A DNA stretch of 64,000 bases, taken from NCBI RefSeq assembly GCF_009914755.1, contig NC_060940.1; one strand, 5' to 3'. Below the pieces are notes generated by a model. The model made no database searches. It had not been told where the DNA came from and worked only from the letters and a program-made list of their open reading frames with translations. The translations under genes were made by a program, and so were the position numbers. Source of the DNA: the human T2T-CHM13v2.0 reference genome, Homo sapiens. The stretch's first letter is position 1; the number at the start of each line of letters is the position of its first letter. Positions 12,683 through 28,377 of the stretch are shown one piece after another.

Positions 12683-15600
12683 TTACATGATGATACTATT
12701 TGAGCCCATCCAATGATTCCCTTCGATTCCATTCGATGAGGATTCCATTCGATTCAATTCATTGGTGATTCTATTCAATTCAATTCTTTGATTCCATTCC
12801 ATTCCATTCGACAATGATTCCATTCGATTTCTTTCGATGATTCCACTCGATTCCACTTGACATTGATTCCATTCGATTCCATTCAATGATTCCATTTGAT
12901 TCCAGTGGATGATGATTGCCATCGATTCCATTCGATCACTCCATTCTATTCCATTTGATGATGATTACATTCGATTCCATTTGATGATTCCATCTGATTC
13001 TATTCGAGGATTCCATTTGATTCCATTCGATGATGATTCCATTCGAGTCCATTTGATGATTTCATTCGAGTACATCCAATGATTCCATTCGAGTCCATTA
13101 GATGATTCCATTTGATTCCATTTGAAAATGATTCTACTAGAGTCCATTCAATGACTCCATTCGAGTCCATTCAACAATTCCATTCGACTCCATTCGATGA
13201 TTCCATTCGATTCCATTTGATGGTTCCATTCGAGTCCATTTAATCATTACAGTCGAGTCCATTTGGTGATTCCAATGGATTTCTTTTGATAATGATACCA
13301 TTCCATTACATTTGATGATGATCCCATTCAATTTCATTTGATGATGATTCCATTAGAGTCCATTCGATGATTTCATTCGAGTCCCTTCATTGATTCCATC
13401 CGATTTCATTGGATGATGACTCCATTCGAGTCCATTCGATGATTCCACTCGATTCCATTAGATGACTCCATTGGAGTCCATTTGATTGTTCCATTCGATT
13501 CCATTCGATTCCTTTCGAAGATTATTCCATTTGAGTCCATTCGATGATGATTCCATTCCATTCCATTCGATGATTCCGTTTGATTCCATTCGATGATTCC
13601 CTTCGATTCCTTTCTTTGATGATTCCATTCCATTCCATTCAATGATTCCATTCGAATCTATTCCATGATGATTCCTTTCGATTCCATTCGCTGATGTTTC
13701 CGTTCAATTCCATTCGATGATGATTCCATTCGATTCCATTCATTGAGGATTCCATTTGATTCCATTCAATGATGATTCCATTCTATTCCATTCAATGATT
13801 GCATTCAATTCCATTCAATGATTATCCCATTAGAGTAAACTCAACGATTCCATTCAATACCATTCAATGATGTTTCCTTTTGAGTCCATTCAATGATTTC
13901 ATTCAAGTCCATTTGATGATTCCTTTCAATTCCATTCTATGATGATTCCATTCGAGTCCATTCGATGATTCCATTCGATTGCATTCGATGATTCCATTAT
14001 ATTCCATTCAACGGTGATTCCATTCGAGTCCATTCCATGATTCCATTAGAGTACATTTAATGATTGCTTTGTTTTCAATTCGAAGATGATTACATTGGAT
14101 TCCATTCTATGATACCATTCGATTCCATTCAATGATGATTCCACTCAAATCCATTGGATGATTCCATTCGTGTCCATTCGGTGATTTCATTAGATTCCAT
14201 TCGAGGATGATTCCATTCGATTCCATTCGATGATTCCATTCAATTCCATTCGATGATGATTCCATTCCAGTCCATATGATCATTCCATTTGATTTCATTC
14301 GATGATGATTCCATTCGATTCCTTTCGACGATTCCATTCTATTCCATTCGATGATGATTCCATTCGAGTCCATTCGATGATTCCATTCGAGTCCATTTAA
14401 TGATTCCATTGGGTTCAATTCAATGATGATTACATTGGATTCCGTTCTATGATTCCATTCAATTCCGTTCATTGACAATTTGATTCCATTCGATGATGAT
14501 TCCATTTGAGTTCATTCGATGATTCTATTCGATTCTCTTCGATGGTGATTCAATTCTATTATATTGGATGATTCCATTCGATTCCATTTGATGTTGATTC
14601 AATTCGATTCTATTCGATGATGATTCCATTGGATTTCACTTGATGATTCTATTCGATTCCATTCAATGATGATTCACTTCTCGTCCATTGGATGATTCCA
14701 TTTCATTCCATTCGATGATGATTCCATTCGATTCCATTCGATGATTCCATTTGATTCCATGCGACGGTGAGCAATTCGATTCAATTCCATGATGATTCTA
14801 TTTGATTCAATTAGATGATGTTTCCATTCGAATCCATTCCATGATTATTCCATTGGAATCCATTCGGCGATGATTCCATATGAGTCAATTCAATGATGAT
14901 TCCATATGGGTCCGTTCGATGATAATTCCATTTGATTTCATTCGATGCTTCTATTCTATTCCAGTCGATGATGATTCCGTTGGAGTCCATACGATGATTC
15001 CATTTGATTTCATTTGATGATGATTCCATTCGATGATGATTACATTGGATTCCATTCTATGATTCCATTCAATTCCATTCGTTGATGATTCGATTCCATT
15101 CAATGATGATTCCATTTGAGTTCATTCGATGATTCTATTCGATTCCGTTCGATGGTGATTCAATTCTCTTATATTGGATGATTCCACTCGATTCCATTTG
15201 ATGATTATTCCATTGGAGTCCACTTAGTGAATCCTTTAGATTCTACTCGAAGATGATTCCATTCGAGTCCATTCGATGGTACCATTCAATTCCATTCGTT
15301 GATGCTTCCATTCAAGTGCATTCGATGATATCATTCGATTCCATTTGATGATAATTCCATTTGATTCCATGCGATGATTCTATTCGATTCCATTCAATGA
15401 TAATTCCATTCAATTCAGTGATTCCTCTGGACTCCATTTGATGATGATTCCATTCAATGATTCCATTCGATTCTATTCGAAAATGATTCCATTTGAATCC
15501 ATTTGATGATGATTCCATTAGATTCCATTTGATGATTCTATTCGATTCCATTCGACGATGATTCCATTCGATTCCATTTGATGATTCCATTCTATTCTAT

Positions 15601-18600
15601 TCGATGATGATTCCATTCGATTCCATTCGATGATGATTGGATTCGATTCCATTTGATGATTTCATTTGATTCCATTCGATAATGATTTTGATCAATTCCA
15701 TTCGATGATTCCATTCGATTCCATTCGATAATGATTACATCCGAGTCCATTCGATGATTCCATTTGAGCCCGTTCGATAATTCCATTTGAGTCCAATCAA
15801 TGATTGCATTCATTTCCATTCAATGATTCCATTCGAGTCCATTTGATCATTCCGGTAGGGTCCGTTCGATGTTGATTCCATTGGAGTGCATTCGATGATT
15901 CCATTCGAGTCCAATTTATGATTTGGTTCGAGTCCTTTCGATGATTCCATTCGATTCCACTCGATGATGATTTCATTCGAGTCCATTCGACACTTCCAAT
16001 CGATTCCATTTGATGTTTCCTTTCGAGTCCAATTGATGATTCCATTCAATTCCATTCGATGATGATTCCGTACGATTCCACTCTGTGATGATTCCAAGTG
16101 ATTGCATTCAATGATGATTCCTTTCGATTGCATTCGATTATGATTCATTTCGTGTTCATTCTATGGTTCCACAGGTTTCCATTCGTGTCCATTCCATTAT
16201 TCCATTCTATTCCATTTGATGATGATTCCATTCGATTCCATTCATTGGTGATTCCACTCAATTCCATTCAATGATTCCATTCCATTTCTTTCAACAATGA
16301 TTCCATTAGTTTCTAATCGATGATCCACTTGATTCCATTTGACGACGATTCCATTCTTGTCCATTCGATGATTCCATTTGATTCCATATGATGATGATTC
16401 CATTCGATTCCATACCATGATGATTCCATTCGAGTCCATTCAATGGTGATTCCATTCAATTCCATTCGATGATTCCTTTCGATTCCATTCAATGATGATG
16501 GCATTCGATTCCTTTCAATCATTCCCTTTGATTCCATTCAAAGGTGATTTCATTCAAGTCCATTCGATAATTGCATTCGATTCCATTCTATGATGATTCC
16601 ATTCGAGTCCATTTGATGATTCCATTCAATTCAAGTCAATGATGATTCCATTCAATTCCATTCGATGATTCCATTGGATTCCATTCGATGATGATTCCAT
16701 TCAAATCCATTCGATAATTCAATTCAAGTCCATTCGATGATGATTCCAATCGAATCCATTCAAAGATTCCATTCTGTTCCATTCGATGATTCCCTTAGAT
16801 TCCATTCGATGATTCCACTTGATTGCATTTACGATGATTCCATTCGATTCCATGTGATGATTCCATTCAATTCTATTCAATGATGTCTCCATTTGATTCC
16901 ATTCGACCATGATTGCCTTTGATTCCATTCAATGATTCCATTCGGTTCCGTTTGATGATGATTCCGTTCGATTCCATTTGATGATTCCATTTGATTCCAT
17001 TGGATGAGTCCATTCGATTACATTCGATGATTATTCCATTCGAGTGCATTAGATGATTCCATTCGAGTCCATTCGATGATTCCATTCGATTCCATTCGAT
17101 GTTGATTCTGTTCAAATCCATTCGATGATTCCACTCGATTCCATTCGTTGACTCCATTTGATCCCATTCGATGATTTCCTTTGATTCCCTTTGATGATCA
17201 TTCCATTTGATTCAATTCGGTGATTTCATTTGATTCCATTCAGTGATGTTTCCATTCGACTCCATTCGATGATGATTCCATTCGACTCCATTCGATTATG
17301 ATTTCATTCAATTCCATTCGATAATGATTCCCTTCGAGTCCATTCGATGATTCCATTCGATTCCATTCAACGATGATTTGATTCGTGTCCATTCGATGAT
17401 TCCATTTGATTCCACTTGACGATGATTCCATTCGAGTCCATTTGATGATTCCATTCAATTCCATACTCCGATGATTTCTTTTGAGCCCACTCAATGCTTC
17501 CACTCGATTCCATATGATGATGACTCCATTCGATGAAATTCGATGATGATTCCATTCGCTTGCTTTCGATGATGATTCCACTTGAGTCCGTTAGAAGATT
17601 CTATTCAATTACATTCCATGACGATTCCGTTCGAGTCCATTTGATGATTCCATTAGACTCCATTCGACGATGATTCCATTCGATGTTATTCCATGATTCC
17701 ATTCGATCTCATTCGATGATGATTCCATTCAACTCCATTCGATGTTTCCATTCGAGTTCATTCTATTATTCCATTAGATTCCATTCGATGATGATTCCAT
17801 TCGATTCCATTTGATGATTGCATTCTATTTCATTTGATGATGATTCCATTCGAGTCCACTCGATGATTCCATTCGAGTCCATTTAATGAATCCATTGGTT
17901 TCAATTCTATGATGATTACATTGGATTCCATTCGTTGATGAATTCATTCGGCTCCATTCAATGATGATTCCATTCAATTCCTTTCAATGTTTCCATTCAA
18001 TTCCATACGATGATGATTCCATTTGATTTGATTCGACAGTGAGCCATTCGATTCAATTCCATGATGATTCTATTTGATTCAATTGGTTGACATTTCCATT
18101 CGATTCCATTCGATGATGATTCCCTTTGATTCCGTTCAAAGATGATTCCATTCTAGCCCATTCAATCATTCCATTCGATTCTATTCAATGATGATTCCAT
18201 TCATGTCGATTTGGTGATTCCATTTGACTTCATTTGATGATGATTCCTTTCAAGTTCATTAGATGATTCCATTCGATTCCATTTGATGATGATCCCATTC
18301 GAGTCCATTCAGTGATTCCATTCGTTTCCATTCCATGATGATTCCATTCCTTTCCATTCAATGATTCCATTCGATTCCGTTTGATGATGATTTCATTCGA
18401 GTCCATTTGATGATTCCATTTGATTCCATTCGATGATGATTCCATTCGAGTCCATTCGATGATTCTATTCGAATCCATTTGATGATTTCTTTTGATTATA
18501 TTTGGTGATGATTCCATTGGAGTCCATTCAATGATTCCATTCGATTCCAATTGATGATGATTCCATTAGAGTCCATTTAATGATTCCATTTGATTCCAGT

Positions 18601-18794
18601 CTCTGATGATTACATTCGAGTCCATACGATGATTCCACTCAATTCCATATGATGATGATTCCATTCGATTCCATTCGATGATTCCATTCTATTCTATTCA
18701 ATGGTGATTCCATTCGAGTACATTAGATGATTCCATTCGATTCCATTCAATGATGATTCTATTTGTGTCCCTTAGATGATTCCACATGATTCCA
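12683..18794. repeat. Higher-order unit U3, 6112 bp (B-type head, A-type remainder)
   Basis: Anchor spacing 6112. Lacks one TCCATTCGAT decamer near 15025 that U1 has at 2781-2790. Confidence 0.9.
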
Positions 18795-21700
18795 TTAGAT
18801 GATGATACTATTTGAGCCCATCCAATGATTCCCTTCGATTCCATTCGATGAGGATTCCATTCGATTCAATTCATTGGTGATTCTATTCAATTCAATTCTT
18901 TGATTCCATTCCATTCCATTCGACAATGATTCCATTCGATTTCTTTCGATGATTCCACTCGATTCCACTTGACATTGATTCCATTCGATTCCATTCAATG
19001 ATTCCATTTGATTCCAGTGGATGATGATTGCCATCGATTCCATTCGATCACTCCATTCTATTCCATTTGATGATGATTACATTCGATTCCATTTGATGAT
19101 TCCATCTGATTCTATTCGAGGATTCCATTTGATTCCATTCGATGATGATTCCATTCGAGTCCATTCGATGATTTCATTCGAGTACATCCAATGATTCCAT
19201 TCGTGTCCATTTGATGATTCCATTTGTTTCCATTTGATTATGATTCTACTAGAGTCCATTCAATGACTCCATTCGAGTGCATTCAACAATTCCATTCGAC
19301 TCCATTCGATGATTGCATTCGATTCCATTTGATGATTCCATTCGAGTCCATTTAATCATTACAGTCGAGTCCATTTGGTGATTCCACTGGATTTCTTTTG
19401 ATAATGATACCATTCCATTACATTTGATGATGATCCCATTCAATTTCATTTGATGATGATTCCCTTAGAGTCCATTCGATGATTTCATTCGAGTCCTTTC
19501 ATTGATTCCATCCGATTTCATTTGATGATGACTCCATTCGAGTCCATTCGATGATTCCACTCGATTCCATTAGATGATTCCATTGGAGTCCATTTCATTG
19601 TTCCATTCGATTCCATTCGATTCCTTTCGAAGATTATTCCATTTGAGTCCATTCGATGATGATTACATTCCATTCCATTCGATGATTCCATTTGATTCCA
19701 TTTGATGATTCCCTTCGATTCCTTTCTTTGATGACTGCATTCCATTCCATTCAATGTTTCCATTCGAATCTATTCCATGATGATTCCTTTCGATTCCATT
19801 CGCTGATGTTTCCGTTCAATTCCATTCGATGATGATTCCATTCGATTCCATTCATTGAGGATTCCATTTGATTCCATTCAATGATGATTCCGTTCTATTC
19901 CATTCAATGATTGCATTCAATTCCATTCAATGATTATCCCATTAGAGTAAACTCAACGATTCCATTCAATACCATTCGATGATGATTCCTTTTGAGTTCA
20001 TTCAATGATTTCATTCAAGTCCATTTGATGATTCCTTTCAATTCCATTCTATGATGATTCCATTCGAGTCCATTCGATGATTCCATTCGATTGCATTCCA
20101 TGATTCCATTATATTCCATTCAACGGTGATTCCATTCGAGTCCATTCGATGATTCCATTAGAGTACATTTAATGATTGCTTTGTTTTCAATTCGAAGATG
20201 ATTACATTCGATTCCATTCTATGATACCATTCGATTCCATTCAATGATGATTCCACTCAAATCCATTGGATGATTCCATTCGTGTCCATTCGGTGATTTC
20301 ATTAGATTCCATTCGAGGATGATTCCTTTCGATTCCATTCGATGATTCCATTCAATTCCATTCGATGATGATTCCATTCGAGTCCATATGATCATTCCAT
20401 TTGATTTCATTCGATGATGATTCCATTCGATTCCATTCGATGATTCCATTCTATTCCTTTCGATGATGATTCCATTCGAGTCCATTCGATGATTCCATTC
20501 GAGTCCATTTAATGATTCCATTGGGTTCAATTCGATGATGATTACATTGGATTCCGTTCTATGATTCCATTCAATTCCGTTCATTGACAATTTGATTCCA
20601 TTCGATGATGATTCCATTTGAGTTCATTCGATGATTCTATTCGATTCTCTTCGATGGTGATTCAATTATATTATATTGGATGATGCCATTCGATTCCATT
20701 TGATGTTGATTCAATTCGATTCTATTCGATGATGATTCCATTGGATTTCACTTGATGATTCTATTCGATTCCATTCAATGATGATTCACTTCTCGTCCAT
20801 TGGATGGTTCCATTTCATTCCATTCGATGATGATTCCATTCGATTCCATTCGATGATTCCATTTGATTCCATTCGACGGTGACCAATTCGATTCAATTCC
20901 ATGATGATTCTATTTGATTCAATTAGATGATGTTTCCATTCGAATCCATTCCATGATTATTCCATTGGAATCCATTCGGCGATGATTCCATATGAGTCAA
21001 TTCAATGATGATTCCATATGGGTCCGTTCGATGATAATTCCATTTGATTTCATTCGATGCTTCTATTCAATTCCAGTTGATGATGATTCCGTTGGAGTAC
21101 ATACGATGATTCCATTTGATTTCATTTGATGATCATTCCATTCGATTCCATTCGATGATGATTACATTGGATTCCATTCTATGATTCCATTCAATTCCAT
21201 TCGTTGATGATTCGATTCCATTCAATGATGATTCCATTTGAGTTCATTCGATGATTCTATTCGATTCCGTTCGATGGTGATTCAATTCTCTTATATTGGA
21301 TGATTCCACTCGATTCCATTTGATGATTATTCCATTGGAGTCCACTTAGTGAATCCTTTAGATTCTACTCGAAGATGATTCCATTCGAGTCCATTCGATG
21401 GTACCATTCAATTCCATTCGTTGATGCTTCCATTCAAGTGCATTCGATGATATCATTCGATTCCATTTGATGATAATTCCATTTGATTCCATGCGATGAT
21501 TCTATTCGATTCCATTCAATGATAATTCCATTCAATTCAGTGATTCCTCTGGACTCCATTTGATGATGATTCCATTCAATGATTCCATTCGATTCTATTC
21601 GAAAATGATTCCATTTGAATCCATTTGATGATGATTCCATTAGATTCCATTTGATGATTCTATTCGATTCCATTCGACGATGATTCCATTCGATTCCATT

Positions 21701-24700
21701 TGATGATTCCATTCTATTCTATTCGATGATGATTCCATTCGATTCCATTCGATGATGATTGGATTCGATTCCATTTGATGATTTCATTTGATTCCATTCG
21801 ATAATGATTTTGATCAATTCCATTCGATGATTCCATTCGATTCCATTCGATAATGATTACATCCGAGTCCATTCGATGATTCCATTTGAGCCCGTTCGAT
21901 AATTCCATTTGAGTCCAATCAATGATTGCATTCATTTCCATTCAATGATTCCATTCGAGTCCATTTGATCATTCCGGTAGGGTCCGTTCGATGTTGATTC
22001 CATTGGAGTGCATTCGATGATTCCATTCGAGTCCAATTTATGATTTGGTTCGAGTCCTTTCGATGATTCCATTCGATTCCACTCGATGATGATTTCATTC
22101 GAGTCCATTCGACACTTCCAATCGATTCCATTTGATGTTTCCTTTCGAGTCCAATTGATGATTCCATTCAATTCCATTCGATGATGATTCCGTACGATTC
22201 CACTCTGTGATGATTCCAAGTGATTGCATTCAATGATGATTCCTTTCGATTGCATTCGATTATGATTCATTTCGTGTTCATTCTATGGTTCCACAGGTTT
22301 CCATTCGTGTCCATTCCATTATTCCATTCTATTCCATTTGATGATGATTCCATTCGATTCCATTCATTGGTGATTCCACTCAATTCCATTCAATGATTCC
22401 ATTCCATTTCTTTCAACAATGATTCCATTAGTTTCTAATCGATGATCCACTTGGTTCCATTTGACGACGATTCCATTCTTGTCCATTCGATGATTCCATT
22501 TGATTCCATATGATGATGATTCCATTCGATTCCATACCATGATGATTCCATTCGAGTCCATTCAATGGTGATTCCATTCAATTCCATTCGATGATTCCTT
22601 TCGATTCCATTCAATGATGATGGCATTCGATTCCTTTCAATCATTCCCTTTGATTCCATTCAAAGGTGATTTCATTCAAGTCCATTCGATAATTGCATTC
22701 GATTCCATTCTATGATGATTCCATTCGAGTCCATTTGATGATTCCATTCAATTCAAGTCAATGATGATTCCATTCAATTCCATTCGATGATTCCATTGGA
22801 TTCCATTCGATGATGATTCCATTCAAATCCATTCGATAATTCAATTCAAGTCCATTCGATGATGATTCCAATCGAATCCATTCAAAGATTCCATTCTGTT
22901 CCATTCGATGATTCCCTTAGATTCCATTCGATGATTCCACTTGATTCCATTTACGATGATTCCATTCGATTCCATGTGATGATTCCATTCAATTCTATTC
23001 AATGATGTCTCCATTTGATTCCATTCGACCATGATTGCCTTTGATTCCATTCAATGATTCCATTCGGTTCCGTTTGATGATGATTCCGTTCGATTCCATT
23101 TGATGATTCCATTTGATTCCATTGGATGAGTCCATTCGATTACATTCGATGATTATTCCATTCGAGTGCATTAGATGATTCCATTCGAGTCCATTCGATG
23201 ATTCCATTCGATTCCATTCGATGTTGATTCTGTTCAAATCCATTCGATGATTCCACTCGATTCCATTCGTTGACTCCATTTGATCCCATTTGATGATTTC
23301 CTTTGATTCCCTTTGATGATCATTCCATTTGATTCAATTCGGTGATTTCATTTGATTCCATTCAGTGATGTTTCCATTCGACTCCATTCGATGATGATTC
23401 CATTCGACTCCATTCGATTATGATTTCATTCAATTCCATTCGATAATGATTCCCTTCGAGTCCATTCGATGATTCCATTCGATTCCATTCAACGATGATT
23501 TGATTCGTGTCCATTCGATGATTCCATTTGATTCCACTTGACGATGATTCCATTCGAGTCCATTTGATGATTCCATTCAATTCCATACTCCGATGATTTC
23601 TTTTGAGCCCACTCAATGCTTCCACTCGATTCCATATGATGATGACTCCATTTGATGAAATTCGATGATGATTCCATTCGCTTGCTTTCGATGATGATTC
23701 CACTTGAGTCCGTTAGAAGATTCTATTCAATTACATTCCATGACGATTCCGTTCGAGTCCATTTGATGATTCCATTAGACTCCATTCGACGATGATTCCA
23801 TTCGATGTTATTCGATGATTCCATTCGATCTCATTCGATGATGATTCCATTCAACTCCATTCGATGTTTCCATTCGAGTTCATTCTATTATTCCATTAGA
23901 TTCCATTCGATGATGATTCCATTCGATTCCATTTGATGATTGCATTCTATTTCATTTGATGATGATTCCATTCGAGTCCACTCGATGATTCCATTCGAGT
24001 CCATTTAATGAATCCATTGGTTTCAATTCTATGATGATTACATTGGATTACATTCGTTGATGATTTCATTCGGTTCCATTCAATGATGATTCCATTCAAT
24101 TCCTTTCAATGTTTCCATTCAATTCCATACGATGATGATTCCATTTGATTTGATTCGACAGTGAGCCATTCGATTCAATTCCATGATGATTCTATTTGAT
24201 TCAATTGGTTGACATTTCCATTCGATTCCATTCGATGATGATTCCCTTTGATTCCGTTCAAAGATGATTCCATTCTAGCCCATTCAATCATTCCATTCGA
24301 TTCTATTCAATGATGATTCCATTCATGTCGATTTGGTGATTCCATTTGACTTCATTTGATGATGATTCCTTTCAAGTTCATTAGATGATTCCATTCGATT
24401 CCATTTGATGATGATCCCATTCGAGTCCATTCAGTGTTTCCATTCGTTTCCATTCCATGATGATTCCATTCCTTTCCATTCAATGATTCCATTCGATTCC
24501 GTTTGATGATGATTTCATTCGAGTCCATTTGATGATTCCATTTGATTCCATTCGATGATGATTCCATTCGAGTCCATTCGATGATTCTATTCGAATCCAT
24601 TTGATGATTTCTTTTGATTATTTTTGGTGATGATTCCATTGGAGTCCATTCAATGATTCCATTCTATTCCAATCGATGATGATTCCATTAGAGTCCATTT

Positions 24701-24916
24701 AATGATTCCATTTGATTCCAGTCTCTGATGATTACATTCGAGTCCATACGATGATTCCACTCAATTCCATATGATGATGATTCCATTTGATTCCATTCGG
24801 TGATTCCATTCTATTCTATTCAATGGTGATTCCATTCGAGTACATTAGATGATTCCATTCGATTCCATTCAATGATGATTCTATTTGTGTCCCTTAGATG
24901 ATTCCACATGATTCCA
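18795..24916. repeat. Higher-order unit U4, 6122 bp (U2-like)
   Basis: Anchor spacing 6122. Shares the rare variant CTTGGTTCC (22454 vs 10220) with U2. Confidence 0.9.
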
Positions 24917-27900
24917 TTAGATGATGATACTATTTGAGCCCATCCAATGATTCCCTTCGATTCCATTCGATGAGGATTCCATTCGATTCAATTCATTGGT
25001 GATTCTATTCAATTCAATTCTTTGATTCCATTCCATTCCATTCGACAATGATTCCATTCGATTTCTTTCGATGATTCCACTCGATTCCACTTGACATTGA
25101 TTCCATTCGATTCCATTCAATGATTCCATTTGATTCCAGTGGATGATGATTGCCATCGATTCCATTCGATCACTCCATTCTATTCCATTTGATGATGATT
25201 ACATTCGATTCCATTTGATGATTCCATCTGATTCTATTCGAGGATTCCATTTGATTCCATTCGATGATGATTCCATTCGAGTCCATTTGATGATTTCATT
25301 CGAGTACATCCAATGATTCCATTCGAGTCCATTAGATGATTCCATTTGATTCCATTTGAAAATGATTCTACTAGAGTCCATTCAATGACTCCATTCGAGT
25401 CCATTCAACAATTCCATTCGACTCCATTCGATGATTCCATTCGATTCCATTTGATGGTTCCATTCGAGTCCATTTAATCATTACAGTCGAGTCCATTTGG
25501 TGATTCCAATGGATTTCTTTTGATAATGATACCATTCCATTACATTTGATGATGATCCCATTCAATTTCATTTGATGATGATTCCATTAGAGTCCATTCG
25601 ATGATTTCATTCGAGTCCCTTCATTGATTCCATCCGATTTCATTGGATGATGACTCCATTCGAGTCCATTCGATGATTCCACTCGATTCCATTAGATGAC
25701 TCCATTGGAGTCCATTTGATTGTTCCATTCGATTCCATTCGATTCCTTTCGAAGATTATTCCATTTGAGTCCATTCGATGATGATTCCATTCCATTCCAT
25801 TCGATGATTCCGTTTGATTCCATTCGATGATTCCCTTCGATTCCTTTCTTTGATGATTCCATTCCATTCCATTCAATGATTCCATTCGAATCTATTCCAT
25901 GATGATTCCTTTCGATTCCATTCGCTGATGTTTCCGTTCAATTCCATTCGATGATGATTCCATTCGATTCCATTCATTGAGGATTCCATTTGATTCCATT
26001 CAATGATGATTCCATTCTATTCCATTCAATGATTGCATTCAATTCCATTCAATGATTATCCCATTAGAGTAAACTCAACGATTCCATTCAATACCATTCA
26101 ATGATGATTCCTTTTGAGTCCATTCAATGATTTCATTCAAGTCCATTTGATGATTCCTTTCAATTCCATTCTATGATGATTCCATTCGAGTCCATTTGAT
26201 GATTCCATTCAATTCAAGTCAATGATGATTCCATTCAATTCCATTCGATGATTCCATTGGATTCCATTCGATGATGATTCCATTCAAATCCATTCGATAA
26301 TTCAATTCAAGTCCATTCGATGATGATTCCAATCGAATCCATTCAAAGATTCCATTCTGTTCCATTCGATGATTCCCTTAGATTCCATTCGATGATTCCA
26401 CTTGATTCCATTTACGATGATTCCATTCGATTCCATGTGATGATTCCATTCAATTCTATTCAATGATGTCTCCATTTGATTCCATTCGACCATGATTGCC
26501 TTTGATTCCATTCAATGATTCCATTCGGTTCCGTTTGATGATGATTCCGTTCGATTCCATTTGATGATTCCATTTGATTCCATTGGATGAGTCCATTCGA
26601 TTACATTCGATGATTATTCCATTCGAGTGCATTAGATGATTCCATTCGAGTCCATTCGATGATTCCATTCGATTCCATTCGATGTTGATTCTGTTCAAAT
26701 CCATTCGATGATTCCACTCGATTCCATTCGTTGACTCCATTTGATCCCATTTGATGATTTCCTTTGATTCCCTTTGATGATCATTCCATTTGATTCAATT
26801 CGGTGATTTCATTTGATTCCATTCAGTGATGTTTCCATTCGACTCCATTCGATGATGATTCCATTCGACTCCATTCGATTATGATTTCATTCAATTCCAT
26901 TCGATAATGATTCCCTTCGAGTCCATTCGATGATTCCATTCGATTCCATTCAACGATGATTTGATTCGTGTCCATTCGATGATTCCATTTGATTCCACTT
27001 GATGATGATTCCATTCGAGTCCATTTGATGATTCCATTCAATTCCATACTCCGATGATTTCTTTTGAGCCCACTCAATGCTTCCACTCGATTCCATATGA
27101 TGATGACTCCACTCGATGAAATTCGATGATGATTCCATTCGCTTGCTTTCGATGATGATTCCACTTGAGTCCGTTAGAAGATTCTATTCAATTACATTCC
27201 ATGACGATTCCGTTCGAGTCCATTTGATGATTCCATTAGACTCCATTCGACGATGATTCCATTCGATGTTATTCGATGATTCCATTCGATCTCATTCGAT
27301 GATGATTCCATTCAACTCCATTCGATGTTTCCATTCGAGTTCATTCTATTATTCCATTAGATTCCATTCGATGATGATTCCATTCGATTCCATTTGATGA
27401 TTGCATTCTATTTCATTTGATGATGATTCCATTCGAGTCCACTCGATGATTCCATTCGAGTCCATTTAATGAATCCATTGGTTTCAATTCTATGATGATT
27501 ACATTGGATTCCATTCGTTGATGATTTCATTCGGTTCCATTCAATGATGATTCCATTCAATTCCTTTCAATGTTTCCATTCAATTCCATACGATGATGAT
27601 TCCATTTGATTTGATTCGACAGTGAGCCATTCGATTCAATTCCATGATGATTCTATTTGATTCAATTGGTTGACATTTCCATTCGATTCCATTCGATGAT
27701 GATTCCCTTTGATTCCGTTCAAAGATGATTCCATTCTAGCCCATTCAATCATTCCATTCGATTCTATTCAATGATGATTCCATTCATGTCGATTTGGTGA
27801 TTCCATTTGACTTCATTTGATGATGATTCCTTTCAAGTTCATTAGATGATTCCATTCGATTCCATTTGATGATGATCCCATTCGAGTCCATTCAGTGATT

Positions 27901-28377
27901 CCATTCGTTTCCATTCCATGATGATTCCATTCCTTTCCATTCAATGATTCCATTCGATTCCGTTTGATGATGATTTCATTCGAGTCCATTTGATGATTCC
28001 ATTTGATTCCATTCGATGATGATTCCATTCGAGTCCATTCGATGATTCTATTCGAATCCATTTGATGATTTCTTTTGATTATTTTTGGTGATGATTCCAT
28101 TGGAGTCCATTCAATGATTCCATTCTATTCCAATCGATGATGATTCCATTAGAGTCCATTTAATGATTCCATTTGATTCCAGTCTCTGATGATTACATTC
28201 GAGTCCATACGATGATTCCACTCAATTCCATATGATGATGATTCCATTTGATTCCATTCGGTGATTCCATTCTATTCTATTCAATGGTGATTCCATTCGA
28301 GTACATTAGATGATTCCATTCGATTCCATTCAATGATGATTCTATTTGTGTCCCTTAGATGATTCCACATGATTCCA
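24917..28377. repeat. Truncated unit U5, 3461 bp (2661-bp internal deletion relative to 6122)
   Basis: Anchor spacing 3461. The junction at 26163-26196 fuses U1-equivalent positions 1685 and 4346. Confidence 0.92.
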
